From a virus, in the IMG/VR virus record IMGVR_UViG_3300029922_000017, positions 1 through 64,000 of that record: a DNA stretch of 64,000 nt, one strand, 5' to 3'. The translations under genes and the position numbers were made by a program. Of this stretch, positions 62,935 to 64,000 are shown piece by piece; the stretch's first letter is position 1; each line of letters begins with the position of its first letter. Under the pieces are notes generated by a model. It saw only the letters and a program-made list of their open reading frames with translations. It was not told where the DNA came from and ran no database searches.

Positions 62935-63507
62935 TTACCGTTTAACCACAATTAGTCCCCTCGCCCGCAATTTTTGAATGTTGTTAAGCGTAACTGTGCG
63001 GACAACTGGCTTAAACTCGTTAAGGGCAGAACTAGCGTAGAAATAAGGCTTTAGGGCATCATAATCAATCCGCTTTCCAGTTTCATCAAAATATCCCGTT
63101 TCTTCCGTTTTCTTGGACTTGGAAGGATAATAAAACAGATAAAACTTTCCATCATCTTTGGTTTTATTAACCCGAATTGGGGTCATTTTTCCGTCGGGCA
63201 TATAAGGAGCGTGCCAAGAATCCGCCGGAATGTATTCAACTTCACTTGCGGCAACGCCAAGCAATGCTGCTGTCTTTTTTTCTACGGCACGCTTGTAATC
63301 TATATTCAACCATCCTTTAACTATGGCCCGTTTAATAACGCCTTTGAAAGGACAAGTCTTTTTCAATGTCGGCTCGGTAATTGTTTCGGCTGAAAAGAAT
63401 TGACTATTGGTTCCGATACCAGTGAGAAAATCCACCATTGAAGGAACGGACATTTTAAGAGTTGTTTTCATATGTTGTTTTTTGTTAATGTTAATTGTTA
63501 CTGACAA
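62935..63507 (-). CDS. Hypothetical early protein (start probably at MKTTLK)
   Basis: Long ORF, own TTGACT promoter, aacatATG context. Confidence 0.7.
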   Translation of the reverse strand: MSVTININKKQHMKTTLKMSVPSMVDFLTGIGTNSQFFSAETITEPTLKKTCPFKGVIKRAIVKGWLNIDYKRAVEKKTAALLGVAASEVEYIPADSWHAPYMPDGKMTPIRVNKTKDDGKFYLFYYPSKSKKTEETGYFDETGKRIDYDALKPYFYASSALNEFKPVVRTVTLNNIQKLRARGLIVVKR

Positions 63508-64000
63508 AGGAGAGTATAGAGATTTTTATCTTAAAGTCAAAAAGAAAATGGATTTATTTTAATTTATCCATATTTTGCCATTTATAGACAGTTTCACAAA
63601 ATTCATAATTAAAATCCCGCATATAGCAAATGCCCTGAAAAAATCCAATATGGTTACTCAAACCCCATGCCAGACTTTTCGGTGAATCTGCTAATGCAAT
63701 GGCAGACTTTTGGCAACCCGAATCAATGTAAGCAATCAATTCTTCAAGAGTGCAAGTTTTGTAATTCATATGTTGATAGAAGTATATCTATTTTTATACT
63801 AAAGTCAATTACGATCTATGGAAAAATTAATTCCATTTTTATTCCATCTTGATTTATGCCAGTCATTATGAACAATTTCAAGACATAACTCGAATGTGAA
63901 AATGTTAATGGTAGTTATTACATTGTAATAATCCCAGTTACAATGAAAGCCAAACCATTCATATTCATACCGATTGCAAACTAATGCCCACGGCCATTTT

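Noticed and set aside
101-63852. Most + strand ORFs in the track (e.g. 625-1041, 5303-5653, 11274-11669, 31879-32202, 40435-40749)
   Set aside because: Antisense shadows of real - strand genes or tRNAs, with no motifs or start context.

Overview
An AT-rich segment of a large T4-like (myovirus/jumbo) bacteriophage genome, coded almost entirely on the - strand in the standard genetic code. 1-10 kb: baseplate and tail-fibre-like genes, a gp55-like late sigma factor and PhoH. 10.8-40.5 kb: a dispersed array of about 37 recognisable tRNA genes plus about 7 degenerate ones, mixed with free-standing HNH/GIY-YIG/PD-(D/E)XK endonucleases, CoaD, an APS-kinase-like enzyme, NUDIX, ClpP and an orphan tail-tube paralog. 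41-58 kb: ADP-ribosylglycohydrolase, a HAL3/CoaC-M23 fusion, an ART-fold protein, a solo IS605-family tnpB element, tmRNA and a histone-fold-like protein. 58.7-64 kb: early-type genes with sigma70-like promoters. The best candidate novel system is a 46-codon leader ORF (38005-38145) that contains all 20 amino acids and 34 different codons and is coupled to mutually exclusive antiterminator and terminator hairpins directly upstream of the main tRNA array. It may be a ribosome-dependent attenuator that senses shortage of almost any tRNA. The array also holds many non-canonical tRNAs and CCA-ended non-cloverleaf RNAs. All calls come from reading the sequence by eye; no database search or folding program was run.
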